A stretch of 64,000 nucleotides of DNA from Candidatus Melainabacteria bacterium 17Bon1m (GCA_032128875.1 JAVLKG010000006.1:64001-128000); one strand, 5' to 3'. Numbered from the stretch's first letter, positions 9,181 to 19,635 are shown. The notes: generated by a model not told the origin, from the sequence alone. Numbers and translations are program-made.

Positions 9181-10215
9181 GTGGGCTTGTTCAAGAACTA
9201 TATGCGCAGAGGTATTGGTGTCGATCTGGGCACCGCGAATACCTTAATTTACGTAGATAAGCAGGGCATCGTCCTGCGAGAGCCGTCGGTCGTCGCTGTC
9301 GATGACTTGACCAACTCTGTCAGAGCCGTTGGTGAAGAAGCCCGGGCAATGCTTGGAAGAACACCGCAAGGTGTGCGCGCTACGCGACCACTTCGAGACG
9401 GGGTGATCGCTGAGTTTAAGTATGCTGAGTATATGCTCAAGGAATTTCTCAGTCGCGTGCTCAACGGCAATCGTGGCTGGATGGCACCTGATCTAGCAAT
9501 CGGCGTACCTTGCGGAATTACCGATGTAGAGCGCAATGCCGTCCGGCAGGCTGCTCGCAGCGCCGGCGCCGGGCAGACTTACCTTCCTGAAGAACCAATG
9601 GCTGCAGCCATCGGCTCCGGTTTGCCGGTTGCCGAAGCAACCGGTTCTATGATCGTTGATATCGGTGGTGGTACCACAGAAGTTGCCGTAATCTCTCTTT
9701 CCGGCATTGTCGTCAATGAATCTCTGCGCGTTGCAGGCGACGAACTGAACGATTCGATTATTCGTTATTTGAAAAAAGTTCACTCCCTGGCAATCGGAGA
9801 GCGCACTGCAGAGGAAATCAAATTCCGCCTGGGCAGCGCATACAAAACAGTAGAAAACGATCGTTATGAAGTTAGAGGTTTGAATCTCATCAATGGCTTG
9901 CCGCGCACTGTCACTATCAGCCGCGGTGAAGTCAGAGAAGCTATGACCGAAACATTGACCAGGGTTGTTGAAGCTGTCCGCAGAACGCTTGAGCGTTGCC
10001 CTCCAGAACTTGCCGCCGACATCTATGACCGCGGCATCATGCTGACGGGTGGCGGAGCGTTGCTGCAAGGGTTGGACGAACTCATCTCCAACGAGACCGA
10101 AGTACCGGTCCTCATTGCAGAAGATCCGCTCTCCGGCGTCGCAATCGGGACAGGCAAGATGTTGACCGATCCGGCATATCGTCGCGTCTTAGCGCACGCA
10201 CTCTGCGAAAGTTAG
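9181..10215 (+). CDS. mreB: Rod shape-determining actin homolog MreB
   Basis: GVDLGTANT, EPSVVA, RPLRDGVIA, EEPMAAAIG, VDIGGGTTEVA, LTGGGALL. Confidence 0.97.
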   Translation: MGLFKNYMRRGIGVDLGTANTLIYVDKQGIVLREPSVVAVDDLTNSVRAVGEEARAMLGRTPQGVRATRPLRDGVIAEFKYAEYMLKEFLSRVLNGNRGWMAPDLAIGVPCGITDVERNAVRQAARSAGAGQTYLPEEPMAAAIGSGLPVAEATGSMIVDIGGGTTEVAVISLSGIVVNESLRVAGDELNDSIIRYLKKVHSLAIGERTAEEIKFRLGSAYKTVENDRYEVRGLNLINGLPRTVTISRGEVREAMTETLTRVVEAVRRTLERCPPELAADIYDRGIMLTGGGALLQGLDELISNETEVPVLIAEDPLSGVAIGTGKMLTDPAYRRVLAHALCES

Positions 10216-10228
10216 GGAGACGTCACAG

Positions 10229-11032
10229 GTGGCATCCCAGAACCAGGGCAACCTTGATTCTGAGGCGATCGCTGAGGTTGTCTTCTTTCTTGTCGTCGTC
10301 TGGATGATCGCTGGTCCCATTCGCGGGACGGTTCTGTCGACGCAAACTTGGATAAGCTCGGTGTTCACCAAAGGCGCGACGCAGGTCGAGTCGACTAAGA
10401 ATTTGGCCGAAAAGCTTATTGAGTCTTCTGAGCGTATCAAGACCCTGGAAGAAAAACTTGCTAAGTCCGAACTGGAGTTGACCAAGTACAAGCAACAATC
10501 TAGAGATACCAACAAACTTCGGTTGCTGCTTGGTCTGCGTGAGAAAGCAGATCGCAAGACTATTGCTGCCGATGTTATCGCCCGCAATCCGGACAATTGG
10601 TTCGAGCAAATCACTGTGGACAAAGGCACGCACGAAGGCGTCACTGAAGGATCCGCAGTAATCACTTCCGATGGTGTCGTCGGGCAGGTTGTGAAAGTCA
10701 GCGACCACGCCTCTGTTGTGAAACTTTTGACAGACCCTGAAATGAAGCTCGGGGTTGTATTAAAGAAAACCGGCGTCACAGGCATTCTTTCCGGTAATTA
10801 CCAGAAGCAAGCAAAAATCGACTGGGTGCCTGTCGGAACCAATGTCGATGTCGGCGAGAAAGTCAGCTGTCTCGGCAAAGGCGGCACATTTCCTGAGAAT
10901 CACCCGGTTGGCACCGTTGTCGGCGTCCGTCGTGACACCAATGGAGCCTCCATGCAGATCGAAGTTAAGCTCAGCGAAAACTGTTACGATTTGAGTCAGG
11001 TTCTAATTCTTCCGCCCTTAACTGTCAGGTAA
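10229..11032 (+). CDS. mreC: Rod shape-determining protein MreC
   Basis: TM helix, coiled coil, then ADVIARNP..W...ITVDKG..GV...AVIT..GVVGQV. Follows mreB. Confidence 0.93.
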   Translation: MASQNQGNLDSEAIAEVVFFLVVVWMIAGPIRGTVLSTQTWISSVFTKGATQVESTKNLAEKLIESSERIKTLEEKLAKSELELTKYKQQSRDTNKLRLLLGLREKADRKTIAADVIARNPDNWFEQITVDKGTHEGVTEGSAVITSDGVVGQVVKVSDHASVVKLLTDPEMKLGVVLKKTGVTGILSGNYQKQAKIDWVPVGTNVDVGEKVSCLGKGGTFPENHPVGTVVGVRRDTNGASMQIEVKLSENCYDLSQVLILPPLTVR

Positions 11033-11046
11033 GTCAGACTGGCTCC

Positions 11047-11652
11047 ATGCTGAATTTCGTTTCTATACGAGCAAGAAAACGCCTGGGCGAAATCGGATTC
11101 GCCGGGCTGATTGTGATTTTTGCCTGGCTTCTGCAAATTACTGTTTTGACGAAACTGTCTCTGGACAGTGTTTTATGTAGCTTGCCTCTGGCAATCACAA
11201 TAACGTGGGGAGCCGTTTTTGGTTCGCCATTGAGAAAACCGTCACCCGAAGAATTGCGGATGCAGCCTGTCGATCAAGCAATCATGATGCAGATTGCATC
11301 GGGCTCTGTCAGCGGCATGATCATCGGTGCTATTTTCGCTTCCTTCTATGCAACAGTGTCGCCTGTTTATCCGGTTGCTTATCCAATCGTCGGTTGGCTT
11401 GCCGGGTACTTCTCATTGAAGAGCTTCAATAAAGCTACTCTCCTGTGCATCCCGCTGGTTTTAGGCGGAACAGTCTTCGCCGAGTCCATTTCAGCTCTGC
11501 AATTGCACTTTGTCGGTCGTCCCGACGTTTTACCGAGACTGGCTGAGATTGCTTTTCCAGAGGCTATTCTCAACTCGCTTATCGCGCCATTCATCTACTT
11601 TCCGATGCGCGCCTGGTTCGAATTTTTCAACGTCCGCGATGTGCGAGAGTAA
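11047..11652 (+). CDS. mreD: MreD-like integral membrane protein
   Basis: Multi-pass hydrophobic protein between mreC and pbp2. Assignment is mainly by position. Confidence 0.75.
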   Translation: MLNFVSIRARKRLGEIGFAGLIVIFAWLLQITVLTKLSLDSVLCSLPLAITITWGAVFGSPLRKPSPEELRMQPVDQAIMMQIASGSVSGMIIGAIFASFYATVSPVYPVAYPIVGWLAGYFSLKSFNKATLLCIPLVLGGTVFAESISALQLHFVGRPDVLPRLAEIAFPEAILNSLIAPFIYFPMRAWFEFFNVRDVRE

Positions 11653-11658
11653 AGCGAA

Positions 11659-13476
11659 ATGATTACGACGCCATCAACTCAACGTCAAACTCCGGCATTC
11701 GAAACCACAAGCAAGATGGTTGTTCTACTCGTGGTCATCAGTCTTTGTATGGTGGCGCTTGTCGTCAGGCTTTTCTGGCTTCAGGTTTTGCAGAATAAAT
11801 ATTACAAAGCCTGTGCGGTGGAGAATTCTACACGCGTTACTTTCTTACGGGCGCCTCGAGGGATTATTTACGATCGTCACGGCAATTTGCTGGCGACGAA
11901 CAAACAGTCACTGTCTATGGTGGCGATTCCAAATCAGATAGAGCACCTCTCTGATCTTTCTGTCCGCCTTTCCAAAGTGCTCGATTTGCCGGTGCAAAAA
12001 GTGCACGCTCAGTTGATGAAGGCAAAGGCGTCTCATGCCGTACTGCCCTATGTAATTGAGCACGATGTGGACATGAAGATCGTTTCGAATTTCTACGAGA
12101 ATAGACTATTCTTACCGGGCATCGACATACTCGCTGACGTTTCTCGCAACTATCCACAAGGCGAACTTTGCGCCCACGTGCTCGGATACTGTGGCGAAAT
12201 CACCTCGACCCAACTCGAGACTCGTCCAGAAAGACGTATGGGCGACGTTGTGGGACAAGATGGTGTCGAGAGACTCTACGACGTGCAATTGCGTGGAGTC
12301 GACGGCGAGCAGCGCGTCTCCGTCAATGCGATGGGAACTTCGCTGTCAAAAGAAACTGCCAAGCCGGTAATTACAAAAGAATCGCAAGCTGGACAACCGA
12401 TCGTTCTATCTATTGATTTGGATCTTCAAAGAGCTGCATGGAATGCTCTGGGCGATCGTTCAGGTGCAGTCGTAGCTATCGATCCGCAAACAGGCGAAGT
12501 GCTTGCGATGGTCTCGAGACCAAGTTTTGACCCTAATGTTTTTACACGTCGTATCACGCCTGCGGTGTGGAAGAAGATCAATGCGCCTTCCCACCCTATG
12601 CACAACCGCGCGCTTTCCGGCTTTCCTCCTGGTTCTATCTGGAAAGCCATTACGCTAATTGCGGCATTGGAAAACAAAGTTGTAAAACCTGATACAAAAC
12701 TGCATGTGTCCGGTGGTATCAGCCTTGGTGGCTTCTTCTTTGGTGACTGGACCCACACCACTGGTTTGTTCGACCTGGTGAAGTGTCTTGCCTGGTCACG
12801 AGATTCCGCTTTTTATCAAATGGGTCTGAAGATGACTCCCGAGATGATTAAAGAGTGGGGAGTAAAATTCGGTGCCGGTCGTCCCACTGGTGTAGAGCTG
12901 AGACACGAAGGCTCTGGTCTGGTTCCTGATTCTGCCTGGAAAGAGCGTGTGATGCATGAAAAATGGTATCCGGGCAACACGCTGCACATGTCGATCGGTC
13001 AGACATTCACGCAAGTCACACCGGCACAAGGCGCCCGCATTTTTGGTGCGTTTGGCATGCGCGGTCAAGTGCCAGGTCTGCATTTCGTTATGAAAATAGG
13101 AGATCGCCAGATCCCGCCGCCTGAAAAAGAAAAGATCAAAATGAATCCCAAGTTCTTGAAAGTAGTACTTGATGGATTGAAAGCAGTCGTATCAAGTGGA
13201 ACCGCCGGTGCTACCAAGCTAGGAAGCATTGAGGTTGCCGGTAAGACTGGTTCTGCAGAAGCGCCGCCGGCAGGCAGCAAAACTCACGCCTGGTTTGCTT
13301 GCTATGCACCAGCTGATAAGCCACGTATTGCCATGTGCTGCTTTGTGGAACACGGCGGACACGGCGGATCTATTTGCGCGCCAATAGCCAAACAAATTCT
13401 CGAGCATTACTTCGGTCTGAAGGACAATGCTCAGATAGTTCAAAAACCGCCTGCTGCAAAACCTAAGCGGCACTAA
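11659..13476 (+). CDS. mrdA: Penicillin-binding protein 2 (class B transpeptidase)
   Basis: RLFWLQV, APRGIIYDRHG, PPGSIWK (SxxK), SRD (SxD), GKTGSAE, HAWF, VEHGGHGG. Confidence 0.95.
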   Translation: MITTPSTQRQTPAFETTSKMVVLLVVISLCMVALVVRLFWLQVLQNKYYKACAVENSTRVTFLRAPRGIIYDRHGNLLATNKQSLSMVAIPNQIEHLSDLSVRLSKVLDLPVQKVHAQLMKAKASHAVLPYVIEHDVDMKIVSNFYENRLFLPGIDILADVSRNYPQGELCAHVLGYCGEITSTQLETRPERRMGDVVGQDGVERLYDVQLRGVDGEQRVSVNAMGTSLSKETAKPVITKESQAGQPIVLSIDLDLQRAAWNALGDRSGAVVAIDPQTGEVLAMVSRPSFDPNVFTRRITPAVWKKINAPSHPMHNRALSGFPPGSIWKAITLIAALENKVVKPDTKLHVSGGISLGGFFFGDWTHTTGLFDLVKCLAWSRDSAFYQMGLKMTPEMIKEWGVKFGAGRPTGVELRHEGSGLVPDSAWKERVMHEKWYPGNTLHMSIGQTFTQVTPAQGARIFGAFGMRGQVPGLHFVMKIGDRQIPPPEKEKIKMNPKFLKVVLDGLKAVVSSGTAGATKLGSIEVAGKTGSAEAPPAGSKTHAWFACYAPADKPRIAMCCFVEHGGHGGSICAPIAKQILEHYFGLKDNAQIVQKPPAAKPKRH

Positions 13477-13543
13477 TAATCTGCAAATAGTTAAGTTGGT
13501 CGGCGCAATCGTTGCGAACATATCGTTTTGCTAATGCGCGAAG

Positions 13544-13571
13544 ATGATGAGCAGCTAATCATGCTCATCAT
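13544..13571. promoter_or_regulatory. Perfect 10-bp inverted repeat (terminator hairpin or operator)
   Basis: ATGATGAGCA-N8-TGCTCATCAT between mrdA and the next gene, followed by T-rich sequence. Confidence 0.45.
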
Positions 13572-13659
13572 AAGTGTTTGTTCTTCTTATATAGAGAACA
13601 TATAAAGCGGTCGTCTGGACAAGAGTTTCAAAAGGCTGGATAATGGCAGCCAGTGTGCT

Positions 13660-14403
13660 TTGGCATTGGACGACAAGAAGACGACCGAGGACGACATGAC
13701 AAAAGTGATCAATACACCAAATCCGGTACCATCCTCGGATCCCACAGAAGAAGCGCCGTGCGAAGAAGCGCTCAAAACTCTTTTCTCTTCTGATGAAGTC
13801 GAAGGCAATAACGGAACGCCTGAAGATTCGGAAGAAATCGTGGTTATCGATGGTGCAGCAAACATGGTTAGTGAAGAGACAGGTGCACTTCCTGCTCAGT
13901 CACCAATCAATGCGCTGGCAAAACTCAGCGATACCGAAACAATTTCAAAGGCGGAATTGGTCAATGTACTTGAGAGTCTCGTCGGCGCCATCAAAGGCGA
14001 TATGGCTCTCACTACAACGAACAACATGGATTTCTCAGTTGCTGCACAGAGTCCGGAGAAGATTTCTGCAGTGTCTGTAGACGACAAGACGGCAGTCATT
14101 GAAGAGCTGCGCGGCTTGCTGCTCGAGGCACAAGAGACAATCATTCGATTGTTGAACGATCGCGTTGATGATCGAGCAAATCTGGCGCGTTTGGAAACAG
14201 AATTGAAGCTTTTGCCGGATCTGCAGAATCAAGCCGATCGAGCAATTGCTGTTGCTATCAATACAGATGATTTCCGTAGCGACTTGACTAAGGTAAAATT
14301 TGAATTAGAAAGACTCAGACTGGCCAAAGTCCGCGAAGAACTCGGAAACAAAAAGGGTTTCTGGACAGGCGTCAGAGGCTGGTTCTTCAATAAGGGTACA
14401 TAG
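13660..14403 (+). CDS. Hypothetical acidic coiled-coil protein with C-terminal amphipathic helix
   Basis: Acidic disordered N-terminus, heptad-rich C-half, ends KKGFWTGVRGWFFNKGT. Start uncertain (ATG 13696 possible). Confidence 0.8.
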   Translation: MALDDKKTTEDDMTKVINTPNPVPSSDPTEEAPCEEALKTLFSSDEVEGNNGTPEDSEEIVVIDGAANMVSEETGALPAQSPINALAKLSDTETISKAELVNVLESLVGAIKGDMALTTTNNMDFSVAAQSPEKISAVSVDDKTAVIEELRGLLLEAQETIIRLLNDRVDDRANLARLETELKLLPDLQNQADRAIAVAINTDDFRSDLTKVKFELERLRLAKVREELGNKKGFWTGVRGWFFNKGT

Positions 14404-14414
14404 AAGCTTTCTCT

Positions 14415-15401
14415 ATGACAACTCAGCAAAGAGTGCTGGCGTTCCCCATGGACCGCTCCTTGGGCGATCTCTACCTGCTCGATGAGACAGCAGGAATCAA
14501 ATACATCGGTCAGGCGCGTGGGCGTGTGACCGTAGATCAAAACGCTCTTGTCAAGCTGTCTATCAATGACCCGCTCAATGCTTATTTGTCTCCGCTTGAC
14601 GATTTGCATCCTAACGACCTGGCCTCGGTATCTCTCTACAGCGCTTACATCAGTTCTGCCTCTATGACGCACCTGGCTCGTATGACGGGCTTGATAGAGC
14701 TCGATTTGGGCTATGCCCGCGTTATAAAAAGACTGGAAGCCGGTATCCCCAGCTCTGAAAACATCGATGGTCTCATCATTTATCTTCGCAAGCTGACAAA
14801 TTTGCGAACTCTCAAACTGGGACATATTCCCCTTACAGACTCCGGAATTCAACACGTTGCTGAATTGAAGAAGCTCGAAGTTCTCGATCTGGAAGAAACT
14901 AAGATCACCGACAACGGCATGTTGTATCTGCAAGAACTGACTAATCTAAAAATTCTTGATTTGCAAGGTGTCAACATCACAGGTCCTGGATTGAGAGCCT
15001 TTACACGGCTGAAGAATTTGCAGAATCTCGATCTTCAAGACACAAAACTCGATGACAAAGGCGCACAGTATCTTGCTCACCTGCATCAATTGAAATGGCT
15101 CAGGCTCAAGAGTACCCGCATAACTGATGAAGGAATGCAGCACCTTGCCGGCATGACTGGGCTAAGAGAGCTTGAACTGGACGACAATAACGTCACGGAT
15201 TTCGGTCTGATTCATTTGAGCGGCATGAGCCAGCTGCACACGCTCGATCTTTCATACACAAAAATCTCCGATTCCGGATTGCATTTGCTCTATGGATTGA
15301 TCAATCTGCAGAGCGTCGGCCTCAAAGGATTGAATCTTTCCGAAGGGGCTCTGAATGACCTGAGGTTGGCGCTTCCCGGCTGCCAGTTAGTACTTTCCTG
15401 A
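14415..15401 (+). CDS. Leucine-rich repeat protein
   Basis: Multiple 24-aa LxxLxxLxxLDLxxTxITDxGLxxL repeats. Confidence 0.9.
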   Translation: MTTQQRVLAFPMDRSLGDLYLLDETAGIKYIGQARGRVTVDQNALVKLSINDPLNAYLSPLDDLHPNDLASVSLYSAYISSASMTHLARMTGLIELDLGYARVIKRLEAGIPSSENIDGLIIYLRKLTNLRTLKLGHIPLTDSGIQHVAELKKLEVLDLEETKITDNGMLYLQELTNLKILDLQGVNITGPGLRAFTRLKNLQNLDLQDTKLDDKGAQYLAHLHQLKWLRLKSTRITDEGMQHLAGMTGLRELELDDNNVTDFGLIHLSGMSQLHTLDLSYTKISDSGLHLLYGLINLQSVGLKGLNLSEGALNDLRLALPGCQLVLS

Positions 15402-15412
15402 GTAAGAAAAAA

Positions 15413-15754
15413 ATGGCTTTATTAAACCGAAACACGGGTTTTATTCTCGGCAATGTAATTGGCATTACTGTATTAATCGCCGGCATTGTTTTGACGGCAC
15501 CGCAAAAACAAGCAGAGCAGGCTGAGATCGATAGGCGAAACAGCCAGCCAGTGGTGGTCGCTGTTTCAGACATAAAAGCTGGAACCAAAATAAGCGCAGA
15601 GTTGCTCAGAGAAGATCGAAAACCACATAGCGAAGTGCCACTGAATGCGGTTGTGGCAGCAAAAAAAATACTCGGACTTTTGACGAAATCCGATATCAAA
15701 AAAGATCAAGTCGTCACCTACACTGCCCTCGATCTTCAGTCAGGAACAAAGTAG
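15413..15754 (+). CDS. Membrane-anchored SAF-domain protein (CpaB/RcpC/FlgA N-terminal-like)
   Basis: TM helix followed by VVVAVSDIKAGTKISAELL...P.NAV....ILG.....DI..DQVVT. Confidence 0.75.
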   Translation: MALLNRNTGFILGNVIGITVLIAGIVLTAPQKQAEQAEIDRRNSQPVVVAVSDIKAGTKISAELLREDRKPHSEVPLNAVVAAKKILGLLTKSDIKKDQVVTYTALDLQSGTK

Positions 15755-15785
15755 AGCCTAAGTAATAGCGGTGCACCTGTGCCTG

Positions 15786-15815
15786 CCTGGCAGGGAGTCG
15801 CATGCAGCTCCCTAC
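15786..15815 (-). repeat. GTAG-type REP-like element, family B, copy 1
   Basis: Reverse complement is GTAGGGAGCTGCATGCGACTCCCTGCCAGG, 25/30 identical to 56277..56306. Lies between convergent genes. Confidence 0.72.
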
Positions 15816-15840
15816 TAGAATCTTCTTTCACCTACATCAA

Positions 15841-18216
15841 TTACATTAACGGTGATGGTTTGTCAGTGACTTGCGTCGGACTCGGATCGTCTTCAACGAT
15901 CTTCGGCGTAATGAGCAGCATCAATTCAGTTCTGTTGCGCCCCTTGAGACTGTTTCTGAAGAGAGCTCCCAGTACTGGAGTCTCGGCCAAATAAGGTACT
16001 TTAGCCAGAATTGCCGCTTCGTTTTCGGTAAATAATCCACCGATGACGAGCGTTTGTCCATCTTTTACTCGAACCTCTTGTGACATGATGTCGCGGATGT
16101 TCAGCAAAGTGACGATCGTCGGGTTTTGGTTCGGGTTGCCGAAAACCAGCGGCGCACCCAACGGTGTGGAAACTTGCGGTCTCAAGCGCATCGTGATAAA
16201 TCCGTCTTCAGCCACTTTCGGGAGCACGTTCAGAAATATCCCGGCTTTTGTCAGTTCTACGTTTGTCGTCACTACTCCCAGAGAAACTGTCGATGTCACT
16301 TTGTGTACGACTTCTTGAGCAAGTGTTATTAGTGACTCGGTGTTGTCTACGACTACTACCGACGGGTTTGCGATCAACTTCGCTTTATTGGTTTGCAAAA
16401 GCATGTTGAGGCTGATGTTCAGCGCAGTCGGCATAGTTGCAATATTTGCTCTGCCACCGGCGCCACCGCCCAGAGTTAGCAAGTTAATACCGGTTTGTGC
16501 TGCCGGCACTGACGAAACCCCAGCAATCTGTTGCACTGTTGTCGGCAGTACCGAACCGATAAGTCCGGTAAATGGATTGGCGGGAGCGAAATTGGTTACG
16601 CTATTGGATGCCTGCGCGACGCTATTGGCTGTTTGCGTGACTTGTGTATTTGAGCTTGCAAATGGAAGGCTGAGCGGCGATGTTACTTGATTTACCACCT
16701 GCGTTCCGGAGCCGGCGATATTATTCGATTGACCGCCAAGACCAGGCAGATAGCGCACCAATGGTGCTGCAGCATTTCCTAAAATCGAAGCTGACAAGCC
16801 ACTGCCTTGAGTGCTTACGTTGGCTGAAAGTTGCCTGATGCCCTGATTTGTAAGTTCAACAAGTGAAGTTTGTACGTGAACTTGACGAGGACGACGATCC
16901 AAAATTCGAATCGCTTCTTCGGCAACATTCATATCTTCGGAAGTTCCAACCACAAGAATCTGACGATTTTTCACATCCGGAACAACGATCGTAGAGCCGC
17001 CATTGGGATCAACTACATAGGTTGCAGGAACTTCCTGGAAGGTTCGAATTTGTTGTGTGCCTGGATCTACCGCAGCGTTGTTGAAGCCCACACCTTCTTG
17101 GGTTTGGCTTCTACTCGTACCAAGAACCTGGCGCTTTTCAGTATCAAGTTCTGTTATCTGATTGTTGTTGCTTTCTTCTCTTCCGCCACCTTCGGCAAAG
17201 CCCGGATCCGGAGCCAAGTCACCGCTTCGCTTTAATTCAGTGCTGAATTTGGGAATGTAGCCACGGTTGAAGACCGACGCATTAAGCAGCATTGCCACAT
17301 CATAAGGATGCGCATAACTCAATTTGAAAACTCTGGCAACAGGACGATTCAATCCCAATTGGACCATCGCCTGAGGTGTACCGACAATGACAGTGTTGTC
17401 CACTTTGCGGCTTTGCAGACCTGCTGCAGCCAGCACCGTATCCATAGCTTCATCAAGAGTGAGATCTTTTAGATCTCCGGTAATCTTGCCGACTACGGAC
17501 TTGTCGATGATGATGTTCAAATTGCCGCGTCTGGCCAACTCGGCAATTACTTCTCTTGCCGGCATGTCTCTAAAACTCATGTTGTGCAAGAGCTCTTGCG
17601 AAGCAAATAGTTTGAAAGGACGACGCACCTGCACAGTGCCTGAGATGCTGGTGACGGAAGGTTTTTTCGCTAAAGATTGTGCAAGCTGTCTGGCTGCTTC
17701 TTCTGGATTTGCGGAAAAATCAGACAGCGATGTAGATGGAGAATCGCCCGAACCGGAAGCACGTGAACGAGAAGAACTCGATGACGGGCTGTTCTGTGCA
17801 ATTGACCGCCGGCGCCCATCTGCATCTGTTGATGAACGATCACTGCTAATTGATTCGGGATCCTTTTGCGATTCTCTTTCCGAATCTTTTGCCAAATCTT
17901 TTGAAGAACTTTCAGATCGTTTTTCAGATACTCGACTTGGTTCTTTTCCAGACGTTTGAACTTTTCCAGGTTCGTTTTCCGGATCTAAAGCAATAGGATC
18001 TGGTGTGAACTTCAGTAATCGAGTATCTGCTTTCGGCGCAGATCCTGATGCCGCATCATCCGCCAGTGCTGGTAGAGCCAGATACGGCGGAATGGTAAAG
18101 CTGAAAACAATAGGTGCGACAAAAATACTGAAGGCGAACCGACGTCCAGTCGCTTTCGACATTCTTGAATCCGCTGAATTGTTCTGGTGCCAAATACGGT
18201 GCAATTTTTTTCTCAC
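15841..18216 (-). CDS. Outer-membrane secretin (PilQ/GspD family)
   Basis: N0-like MSFRDMPAREVIAELARRGNLNIIID, LDRRPRQVHVQTSLVE, and C-terminal VKDGQTLVIGGLF...KVPYLAETPVLGALFR...RTELMLLITPKIV. Confidence 0.92.
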   Translation of the reverse strand: MRKKLHRIWHQNNSADSRMSKATGRRFAFSIFVAPIVFSFTIPPYLALPALADDAASGSAPKADTRLLKFTPDPIALDPENEPGKVQTSGKEPSRVSEKRSESSSKDLAKDSERESQKDPESISSDRSSTDADGRRRSIAQNSPSSSSSRSRASGSGDSPSTSLSDFSANPEEAARQLAQSLAKKPSVTSISGTVQVRRPFKLFASQELLHNMSFRDMPAREVIAELARRGNLNIIIDKSVVGKITGDLKDLTLDEAMDTVLAAAGLQSRKVDNTVIVGTPQAMVQLGLNRPVARVFKLSYAHPYDVAMLLNASVFNRGYIPKFSTELKRSGDLAPDPGFAEGGGREESNNNQITELDTEKRQVLGTSRSQTQEGVGFNNAAVDPGTQQIRTFQEVPATYVVDPNGGSTIVVPDVKNRQILVVGTSEDMNVAEEAIRILDRRPRQVHVQTSLVELTNQGIRQLSANVSTQGSGLSASILGNAAAPLVRYLPGLGGQSNNIAGSGTQVVNQVTSPLSLPFASSNTQVTQTANSVAQASNSVTNFAPANPFTGLIGSVLPTTVQQIAGVSSVPAAQTGINLLTLGGGAGGRANIATMPTALNISLNMLLQTNKAKLIANPSVVVVDNTESLITLAQEVVHKVTSTVSLGVVTTNVELTKAGIFLNVLPKVAEDGFITMRLRPQVSTPLGAPLVFGNPNQNPTIVTLLNIRDIMSQEVRVKDGQTLVIGGLFTENEAAILAKVPYLAETPVLGALFRNSLKGRNRTELMLLITPKIVEDDPSPTQVTDKPSPLM

Positions 18217-18346
18217 TGTTCACAAATATGGCGTCGCCGGCGGTGCTTTAATTGTGAACTCTGAAATGCAATCGGTGAGTCATCGCCTCAATAATTGTAC
18301 CGGGTGTAGTAGATTTTGCAATTAATTACTATCGTGAAATCGCCCG

Positions 18347-19576
18347 CTACTGCCTGCGTTTTCCACTCGCCAAACCGTAAATTGCGACTTCCAAATTATT
18401 GCGCGCTTCGCCTAACCGTGGATTGATTCGTAGTGCTAATCGAAATTCATTGATAGCAGAAAGCATATCGCCCTTGCTGTAGAGCGCATATCCGAGATCG
18501 TTGTGTGCTTGTGCGTTTAGTGGGTCGAGACTGACGGCCTGTCGAAATTCGTCGACGGCCCCTTTTACGTCACCATTTGAAAACAGGCAACGTCCCAAAA
18601 CAGCGTGACTATCAGCAGATGTGGGGCTCAGTAGAGTGGCCTGCCGTGCAGTTCGCAAGGGAGTTTCTTTTTCTCCATACTTGAGCAAAGCTTTAGTCAA
18701 AGATACGTGGGCTCTGCCCGAACTTGGATCAAGCGAGACGGCCTGTCGTGCTGCTTTGACAGCGCCGATGGTATCACTTGCTTGCATCAAGCAATCTGCC
18801 AGACCGGACAATGCCTCCGCAGATGGTTGTATGCCGATCGCCCTTCGATATTCATTGATAGCCTCTGACATATCGCCGCGCGCACTCATGCACTCAGCCT
18901 GCATCACATGGAGAATGGCTTGATCGGGGGCAATTTTAATTGCTTGTTTGAATTCCAATTCTGAAGCTTGGCTATCGCCGATTTCGCTCAAGATTTTTGC
19001 CATCATTCCATGAGCAACATAATTTCCTGGGTCGAAACTGATCGCACGCCGTACTTCTTGTCCAGCACCTTGCGAGTCTCCGGCAAGATACAAGAAGGTT
19101 GCAAGACGTATACGCAATGCTGCATTTCGTGGAGTATCGGTGATTTTCTTTCGCAGAGAAACGATCAGGTCGCCAACCGATTTAAGCTCGACATTGTGCG
19201 CGGGCATTCTGATCAGATCAAGTGCTCGCGGTAAATCCTTTGTCGACTCGAGTCGTCCCTTCTGTTCGCTCTCGCCAAATTCCAACGGATCAAATAGGCT
19301 TCGCAGAGCGGATTTTGAAAGTTCGCGTAAGGGCTTTGCTTCTTCTGGCTCGATTTTTCCTTCCGGAATTCCAGTTGGCAAGGGAGCCCGTGTTGAAGTT
19401 TCTGTCTTGCCCTCAACTCTGGTTCTGACCGGCTTCTTCAGCGTAAACGCCATCGTTTGAGGAGCAAAGGTCAGCCCCATAGCAAAGATCAAAAGCGTTT
19501 TTTTGTAACTTGCCACTGTTTGAAAGAATTGGGCTTGTCCGGCAACGCAAGCTAACATACTAGCAGGCCCGGGCAA
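18347..19576 (-). CDS. TPR protein upstream of the secretin
   Basis: Several 34-aa TPRs (AHNDLGYALYSKGDMLSAINEFRLALRINP) and a signal-like segment. Start uncertain. Confidence 0.85.
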   Translation of the reverse strand: MPGPASMLACVAGQAQFFQTVASYKKTLLIFAMGLTFAPQTMAFTLKKPVRTRVEGKTETSTRAPLPTGIPEGKIEPEEAKPLRELSKSALRSLFDPLEFGESEQKGRLESTKDLPRALDLIRMPAHNVELKSVGDLIVSLRKKITDTPRNAALRIRLATFLYLAGDSQGAGQEVRRAISFDPGNYVAHGMMAKILSEIGDSQASELEFKQAIKIAPDQAILHVMQAECMSARGDMSEAINEYRRAIGIQPSAEALSGLADCLMQASDTIGAVKAARQAVSLDPSSGRAHVSLTKALLKYGEKETPLRTARQATLLSPTSADSHAVLGRCLFSNGDVKGAVDEFRQAVSLDPLNAQAHNDLGYALYSKGDMLSAINEFRLALRINPRLGEARNNLEVAIYGLASGKRRQ

Positions 19577-19635
19577 AAAGCCCTGATCTCAAATTGTCGG
19601 CGATTGCCGTGACTGGCGGTTTTTGTTTACTGAAC

